64,000 nucleotides of DNA from an uncultured Rickettsiales bacterium (GCA_964484565.1 CAZAGG010000001.1:107548-171547); one strand, 5' to 3'. Positions 9,447 to 19,615 are shown, counted from the stretch's first letter. Translations and numbers: made by a program. Notes: generated from the letters alone by a model not told the origin.

Positions 9447-10886
9447 TTATTTAAATATTAAATCAACTCTGTCTGGTGCGCCATTTCCGCTTTTATTGCC
9501 CATAGCCTGAACATTGATTCTGGTTGTCTCAATGCCGTTTTGAATCAGATAGCTTCTAACCGCTAGGCCTCGAGATAGAGAAATGAATCTTGCTTCACTG
9601 CCCTCATTGCCACCACTAGCGTAAGCAACAACTGCAAGGCGTTTGTTTTTATCTGACTGCATGGCCTCAATAATCGGTTTCAGATCTTTTTCTACAGATA
9701 GAGGCAGTTCTGTTTCAGTCGCAACAAACCTTATAGTAAGTGAGCTTGCAGAAGAATCCTGAGATTTATCTTGCTTTTGCTCTTTAACTTCAGGAGCTTT
9801 CTCTCCTTGCTTTAATGGCTGTAAAGGCTGATTATCAGCAGGAGGCACAACTTCAGGGACTTGCTTGACTGGCTCTATTGCAGCTTCCTTTTTTTCAGGC
9901 AAAGCTGGTGGAAGAACAGGAAGCGCAGGTGGAACATCCGCCTTTGGTTTTTCAATCTCAGGAGCTTTTGGAAGCTGTGGTGGAACCATCGGGGCAGCCT
10001 TCATTGCTGGTGGCTCTATAGGAAGAGGTGGCAATGTAGCTGGCGTAACGTCTTTCGCTTTATCTTGTACTTTATCTTGTACCTTTTCCTGAGCTTTTTC
10101 TTCAACTTTTTTCATCTCAGGCTGTTGCTTAATCTCAGCGGGCTTCTCGGCAGGTAATGCTTGCTCTGGTTTTGGTGCAGGAATTACTGGAGGAAGCATA
10201 GGTTCAGATTTTTTCTCTTCAACCTTAGCTTTAGATTCAGTTTCTACTTTCTTTTCAGAAGCATCAATTGGTTTTAGAGGCTCAACTTTTTGCTCTTTTA
10301 ATTCAGGAATAACAGGTGAAGTTGGTGCAGGATCTGCCGCTTTTGTTTTAGCTGCTGGAAGTGCTGGAAGTTCTGGTAGAGACTCGTTTTCCGCTTTTAC
10401 ATCCTTAACTTCTTTGACCTCCTGCTTCACAGCTTTAGTTTCTTCAGGAAGTTTTTCTTGAGTCTTAACTTCTTTTTCTTGTTTAACTTCCTTAACTTCT
10501 TTTGCTTTTTGCTCTACCGTCACGGGCTTAGGCTCTGGAAGTTTTGCTGGAGGAACTGGGGCTGTAGCTGTAACTGGCTCTGGAGTAGCAACTGGCTGAA
10601 CTTTCGGCTCTGCTTCTACAGTTTTACTAACAACAGGCTCTGCAATTTTTTCTTTATCTTTCGTGGCCTTTTTTACTTGAGATTTTTCTTTCTTAAGCGG
10701 CTCAGATTTTACTGATTCTAAACTTGGAGATGCCTTGCCGAATGGAACAATCTTCGGCTCTGAAGATCTTCTAAGCTCTTCAAGCGCGTTCATATTTATT
10801 TCAACAGATGCTTCCTGAGCTACAACATTGATTGTAGAGCCAAGATAAATTGCGGTTGCTGCCGCTATAATGCAAATCTTTTTCAA
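9447..10886 (-). CDS. OmpA-domain protein with a long Pro/Lys/Glu-rich repetitive region
   Basis: Signal peptide, then about 340 aa of low-complexity PEKV repeats, then a C-terminal OmpA/MotB-like domain (AVVAYASGG...ARFISLSRGLAVRSYLIQNGI...RI). Confidence 0.7.
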   Translation of the reverse strand: MKKICIIAAATAIYLGSTINVVAQEASVEINMNALEELRRSSEPKIVPFGKASPSLESVKSEPLKKEKSQVKKATKDKEKIAEPVVSKTVEAEPKVQPVATPEPVTATAPVPPAKLPEPKPVTVEQKAKEVKEVKQEKEVKTQEKLPEETKAVKQEVKEVKDVKAENESLPELPALPAAKTKAADPAPTSPVIPELKEQKVEPLKPIDASEKKVETESKAKVEEKKSEPMLPPVIPAPKPEQALPAEKPAEIKQQPEMKKVEEKAQEKVQDKVQDKAKDVTPATLPPLPIEPPAMKAAPMVPPQLPKAPEIEKPKADVPPALPVLPPALPEKKEAAIEPVKQVPEVVPPADNQPLQPLKQGEKAPEVKEQKQDKSQDSSASSLTIRFVATETELPLSVEKDLKPIIEAMQSDKNKRLAVVAYASGGNEGSEARFISLSRGLAVRSYLIQNGIETTRINVQAMGNKSGNGAPDRVDLIFK

Positions 10887-10889
10887 CGC

Positions 10890-11735
10890 CTATACCTGCT
10901 TTTTTTGTTGAGCTGTTATATCGAAAAATTTCTCACTTATTAGCCTATCTACTGTTTTATGCAAAACTGCATTTGTTGCAACTATATTTCCACCATGCAG
11001 GGGATTATTTCCACCACCAATTTCTGTAACCATTCCTCCAGCTTCTTTAACCATAAGGATTCCCGCCGCTACATCCCAAGCCTTTGTGCGTGAACGCCAA
11101 AACCCATCATATTTGCCCGCTGCCGTGTAAGCTAAATCAAGAGCGGCAGAGCCTGTGCATCTTATTCCAAACGCTTTGCTGCCAATTGCTTTTATCATTG
11201 GGAAATAAAATTCATCAGATAAATGAGCCTGTGAAGGGCTTTCAGACGCAAACATCGAGTCTTCAATCTTAGCTCTCTTAGAAACCCTCAGACGTTGATT
11301 ATCGCAAAATGCACCAACACCTTTTTCTGCCCAAAACAGCTCATTTCTCAACGGGTCGTAAATTACACCTGATATAATTTCTTTAGTGACTCCATCAGCC
11401 AGAGTTTTTTCAAGACCTATAGAAATGCAAAAATATGGAATGCTGTGCAGGAAGTTTGAAGTACCATCTAGTGGATCAATTATCCATCTATAATCCTTAT
11501 TTTTTCCTTTAATTTCTCCGCCTTCTTCTAGCAAAAAACCATAATCTGGTCTTGCTTTTTGCAAAGCCTGAACAAGTTTTTTTTCACAGTTTGTATCTGC
11601 ATTTGAGACAAAATCACCTGGTCCCTTCATTGAAACCTGAAGTTTCTCAACCTCACCAAAATCTCGCCTTAAACCCCTTGCCGCTGCAATTGCAGCGTCA
11701 GACATAACTTTAACATTTGCAGGAAGTATTATCAA
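10890..11735 (-). CDS. suhB: Inositol monophosphatase family protein
   Basis: [17 protein letters not shown] and [12 protein letters not shown] motifs. 4-bp overlap with efp. Confidence 0.85.
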   Translation of the reverse strand: MIILPANVKVMSDAAIAAARGLRRDFGEVEKLQVSMKGPGDFVSNADTNCEKKLVQALQKARPDYGFLLEEGGEIKGKNKDYRWIIDPLDGTSNFLHSIPYFCISIGLEKTLADGVTKEIISGVIYDPLRNELFWAEKGVGAFCDNQRLRVSKRAKIEDSMFASESPSQAHLSDEFYFPMIKAIGSKAFGIRCTGSAALDLAYTAAGKYDGFWRSRTKAWDVAAGILMVKEAGGMVTEIGGGNNPLHGGNIVATNAVLHKTVDRLISEKFFDITAQQKKQV

Positions 11736-12298
11736 TTTTTTGCACGCTCTACATAAGATCCATCGGCGGTATTCACAACAACCATAGTTCCAGATTCAAT
11801 AAATGGAGGAACAAGAGTTTTTACACCGTTTGATAAAACCGCTGGTTTATATGAAGACGAAGCGGTTTGCCCCTTAACTACAGCATCAGCTTCAACTATT
11901 TCAAGCACCACTGTAAGAGGCAATTGAATTCCCACAGGAGTGCCTTCATATGTATCTATCTTTACATTCATGTTTTCCACAAGGAATGGAAGCGAATCGC
12001 CAAGCAGCTCTGTTGACATCGTGATTTGCTCAAAGCTCTCATTATCCATAAACACCAGTTGATCGCCATCAACATATAAAAACTGATAATCTCTTTGATC
12101 GAGGAAGACTTTTTCAACTGTTTCGGAAGAACGAAAACGTTCATTAGTTTTTGTGCCCGTCTTAATATCTTTCATTTCAACCTGCATATAGGCACCGCCC
12201 TTACCAGGTTGAGTATGTTGTGTCTTTGTAACCACCCAAAGTCTTGAATTATGCTCTAAAATATTACCTGGTCTTATCTCGACGCCTTGAATTTTCAT
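11732..12298 (-). CDS. efp: Elongation factor P
   Basis: 188 aa. The KPGKGGAY-type loop ([15 protein letters not shown]) and the overall length match EF-P. Confidence 0.92.
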   Translation of the reverse strand: MKIQGVEIRPGNILEHNSRLWVVTKTQHTQPGKGGAYMQVEMKDIKTGTKTNERFRSSETVEKVFLDQRDYQFLYVDGDQLVFMDNESFEQITMSTELLGDSLPFLVENMNVKIDTYEGTPVGIQLPLTVVLEIVEADAVVKGQTASSSYKPAVLSNGVKTLVPPFIESGTMVVVNTADGSYVERAKN

Positions 12299-12379
12299 AT
12301 CACGCTCTACATTCTTATTTTATGTTTGTTTGCAGCCACTCGAATAATATAAATTAAAACCAGTGGCAAGACGAATCTA

Positions 12380-13429
12380 TTATGGAAAAATACTAATTGC
12401 TGTTAAAGCTGTATTTTCTGGCATTCCAAACATGATATTCATGTTCTGCACAGCCTGACCAGAAGCACCCTTAACTAAATTATCTATCACCGATATTATA
12501 ACTAGCTTAGATTTAAGCCTTGTTGCTGCAACGCGAATCATCACATTGTTTGTTCCTCTAACGTGATGGGTTGAAGGCTCAAAATCAACTATCTTGATGA
12601 AGGCATCATTTTTATATCGGCTTTTAAGTTCTAACTCAGCATCAAGAGCGGTTTTACCATCACAAACATCCGCATAGATTGTGGATATTATACCTCTATT
12701 CATTGGAACAAGATGGGGTGTAAAAGCGATATTAACACTGTTTTTCGCTGCAACTGAAAGCTCTTGCTCAATTTCTGGAGTATGCCTATGTGCCTGAACC
12801 GCATCTTTAAAGCCATACGCATATATTCCCTCGTTGACTTCAGTAAACAAGCTAGATTCTTTCGGGGTACGCCCTGCCCCACTCACACCAGATTTTGAGT
12901 CAACAATTATCCCTTCTTGCTTAATAATTTTTGCAGCAAGCAACGGTGCAAGAGGCAATATTGCCGATGTGGGATAACATCCTGGATTCGCAATAACCCT
13001 AGAATCCCTTATTTCTTCTCGATAAAGCTCGCTCAAACCGTAAACAGCTTCTTTTTGAATATCTACCGCAATATGTGAATGCCCATACCATTCCTCATAT
13101 TGATTTGCATCTCTTAGCCTAAAATCAGCCGATAGATCTATTACCTTAACTGTGCGGGGTAATTTTGAAACAAACTCTTGAGTAGTAGCATGAGGAAGGC
13201 AACAAAAAACCAAATCAACCTTACTATAATCTGCGTCTAGATGGTTCTCTAAAACAGGCAGATTATAATCAGTTATAGTTCTATATATGTCTGAAAGAGG
13301 CTTTTTAGAATTGCGCTCAGAAGTTACAATCGATATTTCAACATATGGATGTTGCAAGAGGATTCTAACCAGCTCAATGCCCGTATATCCAGTTGCTCCA
13401 ACAATCGCAACTTTAACTTTTTTGGTCAT
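12380..13429 (-). CDS. argC: N-acetyl-gamma-glutamyl-phosphate reductase
   Basis: VAIVGATGYTGIEL N-terminus and the active-site region ANPGCYPT. Confidence 0.9.
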   Translation of the reverse strand: MTKKVKVAIVGATGYTGIELVRILLQHPYVEISIVTSERNSKKPLSDIYRTITDYNLPVLENHLDADYSKVDLVFCCLPHATTQEFVSKLPRTVKVIDLSADFRLRDANQYEEWYGHSHIAVDIQKEAVYGLSELYREEIRDSRVIANPGCYPTSAILPLAPLLAAKIIKQEGIIVDSKSGVSGAGRTPKESSLFTEVNEGIYAYGFKDAVQAHRHTPEIEQELSVAAKNSVNIAFTPHLVPMNRGIISTIYADVCDGKTALDAELELKSRYKNDAFIKIVDFEPSTHHVRGTNNVMIRVAATRLKSKLVIISVIDNLVKGASGQAVQNMNIMFGMPENTALTAISIFP

Positions 13430-14010
13430 AAATCTTCGCTATCTTCAACAACTACTTGGTTTTGTTTTGCCTTATCTGCAACTACGGCTGCACCAGATAA
13501 AAATGCTGGAATGTGATCAAAGCCTCTTGGCAAATCTGCTGGTGATGAAGCAGAATCGTTATCAGATTCATTGTCAGAATCTGATGCTTCCATTGCTTCA
13601 TCCATATCTGAATCTGCACCATCCTCCGATGATACACCATCTGGAGAGTCTCCATTCTCTGCTCTCATAGCTCTGTGACGCTCTCTTTGCTCGGCTTTTT
13701 CGCGCTCAATTTCAGCAATTTCTGCCTCAATCTCTTTTATAATTCTAAAAAAGTGATCAACATGCTGGTTATAATACTCACATAAAACCCTATCACCTGC
13801 TGAAGCTGCATCTCTAGCCATATTGGTATATTTATCGCGCATATCATAGGCGCGTTTTAGCAATTTTCTATCTGGCCCAGAAGAGCCAGCTGAACCAGCA
13901 TTTCTGTGATTATTACTACTTCCACCAAATCTTCTTGGAAATCTCTTTTGTCCGCCGCCAGAGTTATTGCCACCATTGTTGTGACTATGGTTTCTGTTTT
14001 TTCTTTTCAT
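13426..14010 (-). CDS. DUF4167-like protein (alphaproteobacterial)
   Basis: Basic Gly/Asn-rich N-terminus followed by KYTNMARDAASAGDRVLCEYYNQHVDHFFR, which resembles the DUF4167 core. The C-terminus is acidic. Confidence 0.6.
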   Translation of the reverse strand: MKRKNRNHSHNNGGNNSGGGQKRFPRRFGGSSNNHRNAGSAGSSGPDRKLLKRAYDMRDKYTNMARDAASAGDRVLCEYYNQHVDHFFRIIKEIEAEIAEIEREKAEQRERHRAMRAENGDSPDGVSSEDGADSDMDEAMEASDSDNESDNDSASSPADLPRGFDHIPAFLSGAAVVADKAKQNQVVVEDSEDL

Positions 14011-14034
14011 ATATATTTATGGATACTCTTAAAC

Positions 14035-14880
14035 TTATTTGTTGCTAAAAACCAGACATCTCGTGATGCCAGCCAAATCATTATACTCACCTTTAAGCGT
14101 TAAGGCGTTTGATTCCATTATTTGAACCACGTCATCCCTCTGGTTGTATCCTATTTCTATAAAGGCACACCCATCGCTTTTCAGGATATTCTTTAAGCTC
14201 CCAGCTATTGCACGATAACAATCCAGTCCATCTTCGCCGCCAAAAAGAGCCTGATGAGGGTCGAATCCATAAACCTCGCGTTCAAGAAAAAACTTATCTT
14301 TCTCAGCGATATATGGTGGATTTGAAACAACCACATCGAATCTATCGTATATACTAGCACACCAATTTGAAAAAAATAAAGATAATCTGTTATCAATTTT
14401 GTTTTTTTCTGCATTTTTTTTTGCAACAGCCAGAGCTTCGTTGCTTATATCAACTCCTACACCAAGACTTTTAGGATATTCTTTGAGCAGAGAAATAATC
14501 AAACACCCACTACCTACACCCAAATCACATACACGATAAGGATAATCTTTTTGCGGAAAGCTCTTCAAAACCGCTTCAATAATAATTTCGCTGTCTGGTC
14601 TTGGATCTAAAACATCTTGAGTGACTTCAAAGTCCATTCCCCAGAATTCTTTTACTCCAACTATTTTAGAAACTGGCTCTCTGACAAGCCTTCTTTCAAT
14701 TAAGAAGTTATAATAATTCTGCTTATCTTCAGAAATCGAGTCGTTATAACTAGAAATTAGCTTTTCCCTAGAGAATGACAAGGCCTCACACAACAATATT
14801 CTAGCATCAAGAGAAGCCGTAGGAATCTCGGCCTCCTTTAATTTCTCCTGCCCATAAGCTAATGCCTCAGATATTTTCAT
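14035..14880 (-). CDS. prmC: Release-factor glutamine N5-methyltransferase
   Basis: DLGVGSGCL SAM motif and the catalytic VVSNPPYI motif. Confidence 0.85.
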   Translation of the reverse strand: MKISEALAYGQEKLKEAEIPTASLDARILLCEALSFSREKLISSYNDSISEDKQNYYNFLIERRLVREPVSKIVGVKEFWGMDFEVTQDVLDPRPDSEIIIEAVLKSFPQKDYPYRVCDLGVGSGCLIISLLKEYPKSLGVGVDISNEALAVAKKNAEKNKIDNRLSLFFSNWCASIYDRFDVVVSNPPYIAEKDKFFLEREVYGFDPHQALFGGEDGLDCYRAIAGSLKNILKSDGCAFIEIGYNQRDDVVQIMESNALTLKGEYNDLAGITRCLVFSNK

Positions 14881-14997
14881 ATGCCTTCGTTAAAGAAATA
14901 TTCGATTAAATGCAAATCTTACTTGACCAATCGATTGTTAGATACTATTTTCCGTCGCTTGTATATTTTGCCAGAGTTAACTAAAAAGAAAAATATT

Positions 14998-15297
14998 ATG
15001 TCAAGACAATGCTTTGTAACTGGTGCGAAAGCACAATATGGTAATAACGTTTCACACTCAAACCGTAAAACCAGAAGAACTTTTATGGTCAACATTCAAG
15101 AGCTTTCTATTTATAGTGAAGTTCTTAAGAGAAACGTTTCTCTAAAAGTTACCCCTGCGGGACTAAGAACCATCGAACATAATGGCGGTTTTGATAACTT
15201 CCTTATCACGACACCAGCTCGCAGTCTCACTGAAGATGCTAAAAAATTGAAAAAGCAAATTGAAAAGAGAGTTGAAGCAAATAAAGCTGCTGCCTAA
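14998..15297 (+). CDS. rpmB: 50S ribosomal protein L28
   Basis: MSRQCFVTGAKAQYGNNVSHSNRKTRRTF is the L28 N-terminus. I chose the ATG at 14998; the track ORF starts upstream at 14881. Confidence 0.9.
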   Translation: MSRQCFVTGAKAQYGNNVSHSNRKTRRTFMVNIQELSIYSEVLKRNVSLKVTPAGLRTIEHNGGFDNFLITTPARSLTEDAKKLKKQIEKRVEANKAAA

Positions 15298-15315
15298 TGC
15301 CGTTTTAGCTTTATC

Positions 15316-16185
15316 GTGAAAATTCTTGATAACTTCAAAAATTTATTTTCATCTCAGAAGGGTAATCTTCCTGAGAAAAATGGCTCTTTGTTTATAATTA
15401 CTGGAATGCATAGAAGTGGAACCTCCGCTCTTTCTAGAATATGTAACATTGCGGGCTTTGAACTTGGTGATAACCTTATCCCCCCCGCCGCAGGAGATAA
15501 CGATCTTGGCTTCTGGGAAGATAGTTTTGCAGTTAATCTTAATGAATCTCTCTTGGAATCATTTGAAAGCGCGCATCTTTCATTAAAAGAACTTCCAGAA
15601 GATTTTGAGATATATGAAAAAAGCAAGACTTATCTGGATAATGCGAAGAATTTTCTTAACAGCTTTACAGCAAATAAAAAACTACCCGCTATTAAAGATC
15701 CGCGATTTTCAAGAGTTCTTCCACTTTGGCTTTTAGCCACAAAAGAATTAGGAATTTCCTCTAAAATTATCATCAGTGTTAGAAATCCCTATGAAGTGGC
15801 AATGTCTCTAAATAAAAGAAACGGGATTTCAATCGAACACGGCATAGCATTATGGATGCAATATAACTTCAAAGCCGAAGAACATTCTCGAAATCTACAA
15901 AGGGTAATTGTCAGCTACAATCAAACTATGAGCGATTGCTTCTCTGTGCTTAACTTAATATCTACTAAGCTAGGTTTAGAGTTTAATCTCGCAGATAACT
16001 CCATAAAAGATGAGATTAAAAACTTTATTCGCCCAGAACTATATAGAAATCAATCATCTAACGATTGGCTACCCGAACTTGTGAAGAGCTTATATATTGA
16101 ACTTCTAAAAGACGACCCTTCTATTGAAAAGATTGATTCAATAAAACGGGAATATGTCTATCTATCAGCCCCTTTTCAATGTTAA
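15316..16185 (+). CDS. Sulfotransferase-family protein
   Basis: GTG start. FIITGMHRSGTSAL resembles the 5'-PSB (PAPS-binding) loop of bacterial sulfotransferases. 289 aa. Confidence 0.5.
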   Translation: MKILDNFKNLFSSQKGNLPEKNGSLFIITGMHRSGTSALSRICNIAGFELGDNLIPPAAGDNDLGFWEDSFAVNLNESLLESFESAHLSLKELPEDFEIYEKSKTYLDNAKNFLNSFTANKKLPAIKDPRFSRVLPLWLLATKELGISSKIIISVRNPYEVAMSLNKRNGISIEHGIALWMQYNFKAEEHSRNLQRVIVSYNQTMSDCFSVLNLISTKLGLEFNLADNSIKDEIKNFIRPELYRNQSSNDWLPELVKSLYIELLKDDPSIEKIDSIKREYVYLSAPFQC

Positions 16186-16817
16186 CTAAGCAGAAAATAG
16201 AGAAGCTATTTGCAACTTTTGAGTCAATCTCACCTTCACCTACCACCGAGCTTGAATATAAAGACGCTTTCACACTGCTTATCGCAGTTGTTTTATCTGC
16301 ACAAATGACTGATGTTGGCGTAAACAAAGCTACCAGATTACTTTTTGCAGATGCAGATAGCCCAGAAAAAATTCTCGCACTTGGTGAGGGAAAGCTGAAA
16401 GACTATCTTAAAACCATCAACTTTTATAATAATAAAGCCAGAAATGTTATATCGTTATGCAAAGAACTCATAGAAAAGCACAACGGCAAAGTTCCTGATA
16501 ACATTGATGATTTAACTAGCTTATCAGGAGTTGGGGTCAAAACGGCAAGTGTCGTTTTAAACACCTTTTTTGGACAAGATAAAATCGCTGTTGATACTCA
16601 TGTTTTTAGAACCAGCAAGCGGATAGGCCTTTCATTCGCCTCTACTCCAGAAAAAATGCAGGATGAACTAGAAAAAATAATACCCAAGAAATATCGTAAG
16701 AACGCCCATCATTGGTTGATTTTACACGGAAGATATACTTGTAAGGCGCAAAAGCCTCTATGCGGCGTTTGCCCTGTTAGTCAATTTTGCGATTTCTTAA
16801 AAGGCGCGCAAGGCTGA
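16179..16817 (+). CDS. nth: Endonuclease III
   Basis: HhH-GPD region (LSGVGVKTASVVLN, VDTHVFR) and the C-terminal 4Fe-4S cluster motif CKAQKPLCGVCPVSQFC. Confidence 0.9.
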   Translation: MLTKQKIEKLFATFESISPSPTTELEYKDAFTLLIAVVLSAQMTDVGVNKATRLLFADADSPEKILALGEGKLKDYLKTINFYNNKARNVISLCKELIEKHNGKVPDNIDDLTSLSGVGVKTASVVLNTFFGQDKIAVDTHVFRTSKRIGLSFASTPEKMQDELEKIIPKKYRKNAHHWLILHGRYTCKAQKPLCGVCPVSQFCDFLKGAQG

Positions 16818-16979
16818 ATCAAGCTCTCTGGCAATTTTCATGAATGTCACATTCAAGTTATTGCCAACCAATTGCATCCCCACAATGCTTGCAACTGCAA
16901 TCATCGAGACAATCAGCCCATACTCAATTGCTGTAGCCCCTTCTTCGTTTCGCAAATATTTTAGAATAAGCTGTTTCAT
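16797..16979 (-). CDS. flp: Flp/Fap-family type IVb pilin
   Basis: 60 aa. The EEG/ATAIEYGLIVSMIAV Flp processing motif is followed by a hydrophobic helix. The 3' end overlaps the nth 3' end by 21 bp. Confidence 0.8.
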   Translation of the reverse strand: MKQLILKYLRNEEGATAIEYGLIVSMIAVASIVGMQLVGNNLNVTFMKIARELDSALRAF

Positions 16980-17121
16980 AGCATTATCCGCAAACCACCC
17001 AATTTTATTTTTATTTGTTTAGTTTCTTGTCACAATTATTATTATACAACACAAATTTTACAATTTCGTGTAAACAAACAATTAATTATGTTAATTTTAT
17101 CAAAAAAATTACAGGGAAGCA

Positions 17122-18261
17122 ATGACAACAAACACTCATATGCACGAATCGCTATTAGATTTCAAATGTTTGGGCGATAAATGCATCGATACTTGCTGCA
17201 AAAACTGGAATATGCAATTAGACACTGAACATCTTGATTTATATAAAAAAGAAGCACCAGAACTTTTAGATTCAGTTAGCGAATATAACGATTCAATGAT
17301 TATGAAAAGAGATTCAAATAGCGGATATTGCGTAAAATTTGAAGATGGCTGGTGTGGCATACATAAAAAATATGGCGATAAATTTCTTGGCGATGCTTGT
17401 AATTTTTATCCTAGAGTCTCAAGAATATTTGCCGATGAACAAACCCTAATGACTGCTACAATGTCTTGTCCTGAGATTGCCAGGATCGCCTTATTAGAAG
17501 GTAAATCAAATACTTACAAAGAGCAACTTATTGATAGACTGCCAAATACTATTAAAAACTATACTCACGGCGAGCTTAATTCATCTCAAATGCTTGAAAT
17601 ACATAATATTTTCATGAATCAGGCAAATAGTACAGATTCATCAGCAGATGTTATCATAAAAAGAATCATTACGGTTTCAAGATCGCTGGATATGCTCGAT
17701 AAAAATCAATGGTGTGAGGCGAGCAACTTTTTATTTAAAATGGCAGATGCGCGAATAATTCCATCAGAAAATCAAGAGCATGATGAACTTAAACTACTAA
17801 TGTCATTAGCTATATTGATGAATGTCAGTAAAAACAAGATAAGTGATAGATTAACCGCAGTATTTTCAGATATTGAAGATTACCTAGGCATTAAGTTCGA
17901 TTTTTCCTCAATGAGCATACTCGCGCTTAGAGATAAAAAATCCACTGCACTCGAAGGAAATTATCAGGATATTTTGAAAAATTGGCTGAAAATGCAACTC
18001 TCAACTGCAAGCTATCCATTTGCAGGGCTTGGTGAAAGTTTATACGATAAAGCAGTAATTATAGCAGTTAGATATGCAACGCTTAAGCTAGCACTTCGGG
18101 CGTCTTCACATTACGCGGATGAAGATAAGCGAATCATAAGGCCAGTTCAAAGCCTATCAAGATTTCTTGACCACCTAGCCTCCCCCGAATTATCGATGGA
18201 AATATACAAGGCAAATGATTGGATTTTAGAAAATAGAATCAATGCCTTAGCAGATATATAA
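17122..18261 (+). CDS. FliB-like lysine-N-methylase (CxxCxxCC / YkgJ-type Cys-rich domain)
   Basis: FKCLGDKCIDTCCKNWNMQLD ... GYCVKFEDGWCGIHKKYG ... CNFYPR matches my recollection of the flagellin lysine-N-methylase family layout. Confidence 0.55.
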   Translation: MTTNTHMHESLLDFKCLGDKCIDTCCKNWNMQLDTEHLDLYKKEAPELLDSVSEYNDSMIMKRDSNSGYCVKFEDGWCGIHKKYGDKFLGDACNFYPRVSRIFADEQTLMTATMSCPEIARIALLEGKSNTYKEQLIDRLPNTIKNYTHGELNSSQMLEIHNIFMNQANSTDSSADVIIKRIITVSRSLDMLDKNQWCEASNFLFKMADARIIPSENQEHDELKLLMSLAILMNVSKNKISDRLTAVFSDIEDYLGIKFDFSSMSILALRDKKSTALEGNYQDILKNWLKMQLSTASYPFAGLGESLYDKAVIIAVRYATLKLALRASSHYADEDKRIIRPVQSLSRFLDHLASPELSMEIYKANDWILENRINALADI

Positions 18262-18374
18262 AATATAAAAAGGCAAAGTAATTAATTTTATATGAATTTT
18301 TTACTTGCGCTTATGAAAAAATGTAACTAAACGACTAGTCTAAGTTTTTTTTTAATCTAGGAGCGTAAATAACA

Positions 18375-19463
18375 ATGGCTATTTTAATAGGGAATGCTGG
18401 TGACAACACACTAACTGGCGGAACAGAAAACGATTACATTCAAGGTAAAGCAGGTCACGATCTTCTTATCGGCAATGAAGGTGACGATTCAATCGAGGGC
18501 AATGCTGGTGCAGATACTGTATATGGTGGCTCAGGTAATGATTATATAGATACAGCAGCAGGCGGTGATAGAGTTTTTGCAGGTTCTGGCAATGATGTTA
18601 TCTTCTCTGGTGCTGGCAGCGATGCTGTTTACGGTGAAGAAGGTGCAGATACAATCAATGGCGGTGCAGGAAACGACGTTCTTTCAGGCGGTGATGGAGA
18701 TGATTATATCGATAGAAACGCAGGCAACGACTACCTAATTGGCGGCAACGGTGCAGATACACTTGTTGGCGGCGCAGGAAACGATAGAATATTTGGAGAC
18801 GAACTAGTTGAGCCAAACGCAGCAGTTCTTTACAATCTTCCGGCTCATCTTTCAGTTGATCAAAGCGGAGCAGATCATGTTTATGCAGGTCAAGGTGAAG
18901 ACATCGTTGTATATGATATTGAAGACGTTGTATATGATGGTGGCGAAGGTTTTGACGTTATTCGTTCATATGGTTTGGTTGATCTTAGCGCAACAACAAG
19001 AAATACTGTTGATGGACCGCTAAGAGCACGTGATTCTGGTTTTGATGGCCCAGTTACTTCAAACTTTGAAGCAATCCAGCTAAAAGGTATTGATGACACT
19101 GTCATTATGCATGCTTGGAACTCACAAGATACTTTTGATCTTACACCAGTAACAGGCCCTGCTAATGTTGATCATAGAGCCGTAATTGGTAATAACGCAG
19201 GTGTTGATAAAATTGTTGTAGAAGTTAATGGAACAATTTCATCATTTGGTGCATCAAGTGAATTTGCTAACCTTTCAGCGTTTGATCAAGCTGGAATAGC
19301 TCAACTTGCAGGTGGCCTTGCAAACATTGATAGCTATCAGCTAGTTTATAGCTTTGGTGTTTCTGGTTCACATACATTCCACTTGCATACAGCAGGAATT
19401 GAACTACTAGAAGTGGTTAATACTTCAGGTGCAGTTCTTGCAACTTACGACTTCACAATATAG
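18375..19463 (+). CDS. RTX (hemolysin-type calcium-binding repeat) secreted protein
   Basis: About a dozen or more GGxGxDxUx-type nonapeptides across aa 5-141 ([32 protein letters not shown]). Good AGGAG RBS. No signal peptide. Confidence 0.8.
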   Translation: MAILIGNAGDNTLTGGTENDYIQGKAGHDLLIGNEGDDSIEGNAGADTVYGGSGNDYIDTAAGGDRVFAGSGNDVIFSGAGSDAVYGEEGADTINGGAGNDVLSGGDGDDYIDRNAGNDYLIGGNGADTLVGGAGNDRIFGDELVEPNAAVLYNLPAHLSVDQSGADHVYAGQGEDIVVYDIEDVVYDGGEGFDVIRSYGLVDLSATTRNTVDGPLRARDSGFDGPVTSNFEAIQLKGIDDTVIMHAWNSQDTFDLTPVTGPANVDHRAVIGNNAGVDKIVVEVNGTISSFGASSEFANLSAFDQAGIAQLAGGLANIDSYQLVYSFGVSGSHTFHLHTAGIELLEVVNTSGAVLATYDFTI

Positions 19464-19494
19464 TATAGATTGTATATTACATGATACACTAACT

Positions 19495-19522
19495 AAAAGG
19501 CGGGTTATGCTCGCCTTTTTTT
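19495..19522 (+). terminator. Rho-independent terminator after the RTX gene
   Basis: AAAAGGCGGG-TTATG-CTCGCCTTTTTTT: GC-rich hairpin followed by a T-run, 32 bp after the stop. Confidence 0.65.
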
Positions 19523-19615
19523 GTGGATAAACCCCTATTTACTTGAATACCTTTGTAATGTTCAATATCCTATTCAAAAGTTATAGATAGCAAAATAAAA
19601 ACAGGGTGTTCTTAG

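Noticed and set aside
9861-10715. Three plus-strand ORFs (98, 75 and 85 aa) opposite the OmpA-domain gene.
   Set aside because: They are the antisense readout of the PEKV low-complexity repeat. Their W/R/F/L-rich, nonsensical composition is typical of a repeat-shadow ORF.
19520-19528. Perfect DnaA-box sequences TGTGGATAA at 19520, 38683 and 58168, plus a near-match at 20673. Could this be a replication origin?
   Set aside because: The boxes are tens of kb apart and not clustered, and one lies inside the EVE gene. No AT-rich unwinding element with multiple boxes and no dnaA/hemE-type origin neighbourhood is present. They are likely chance or regulatory single sites.
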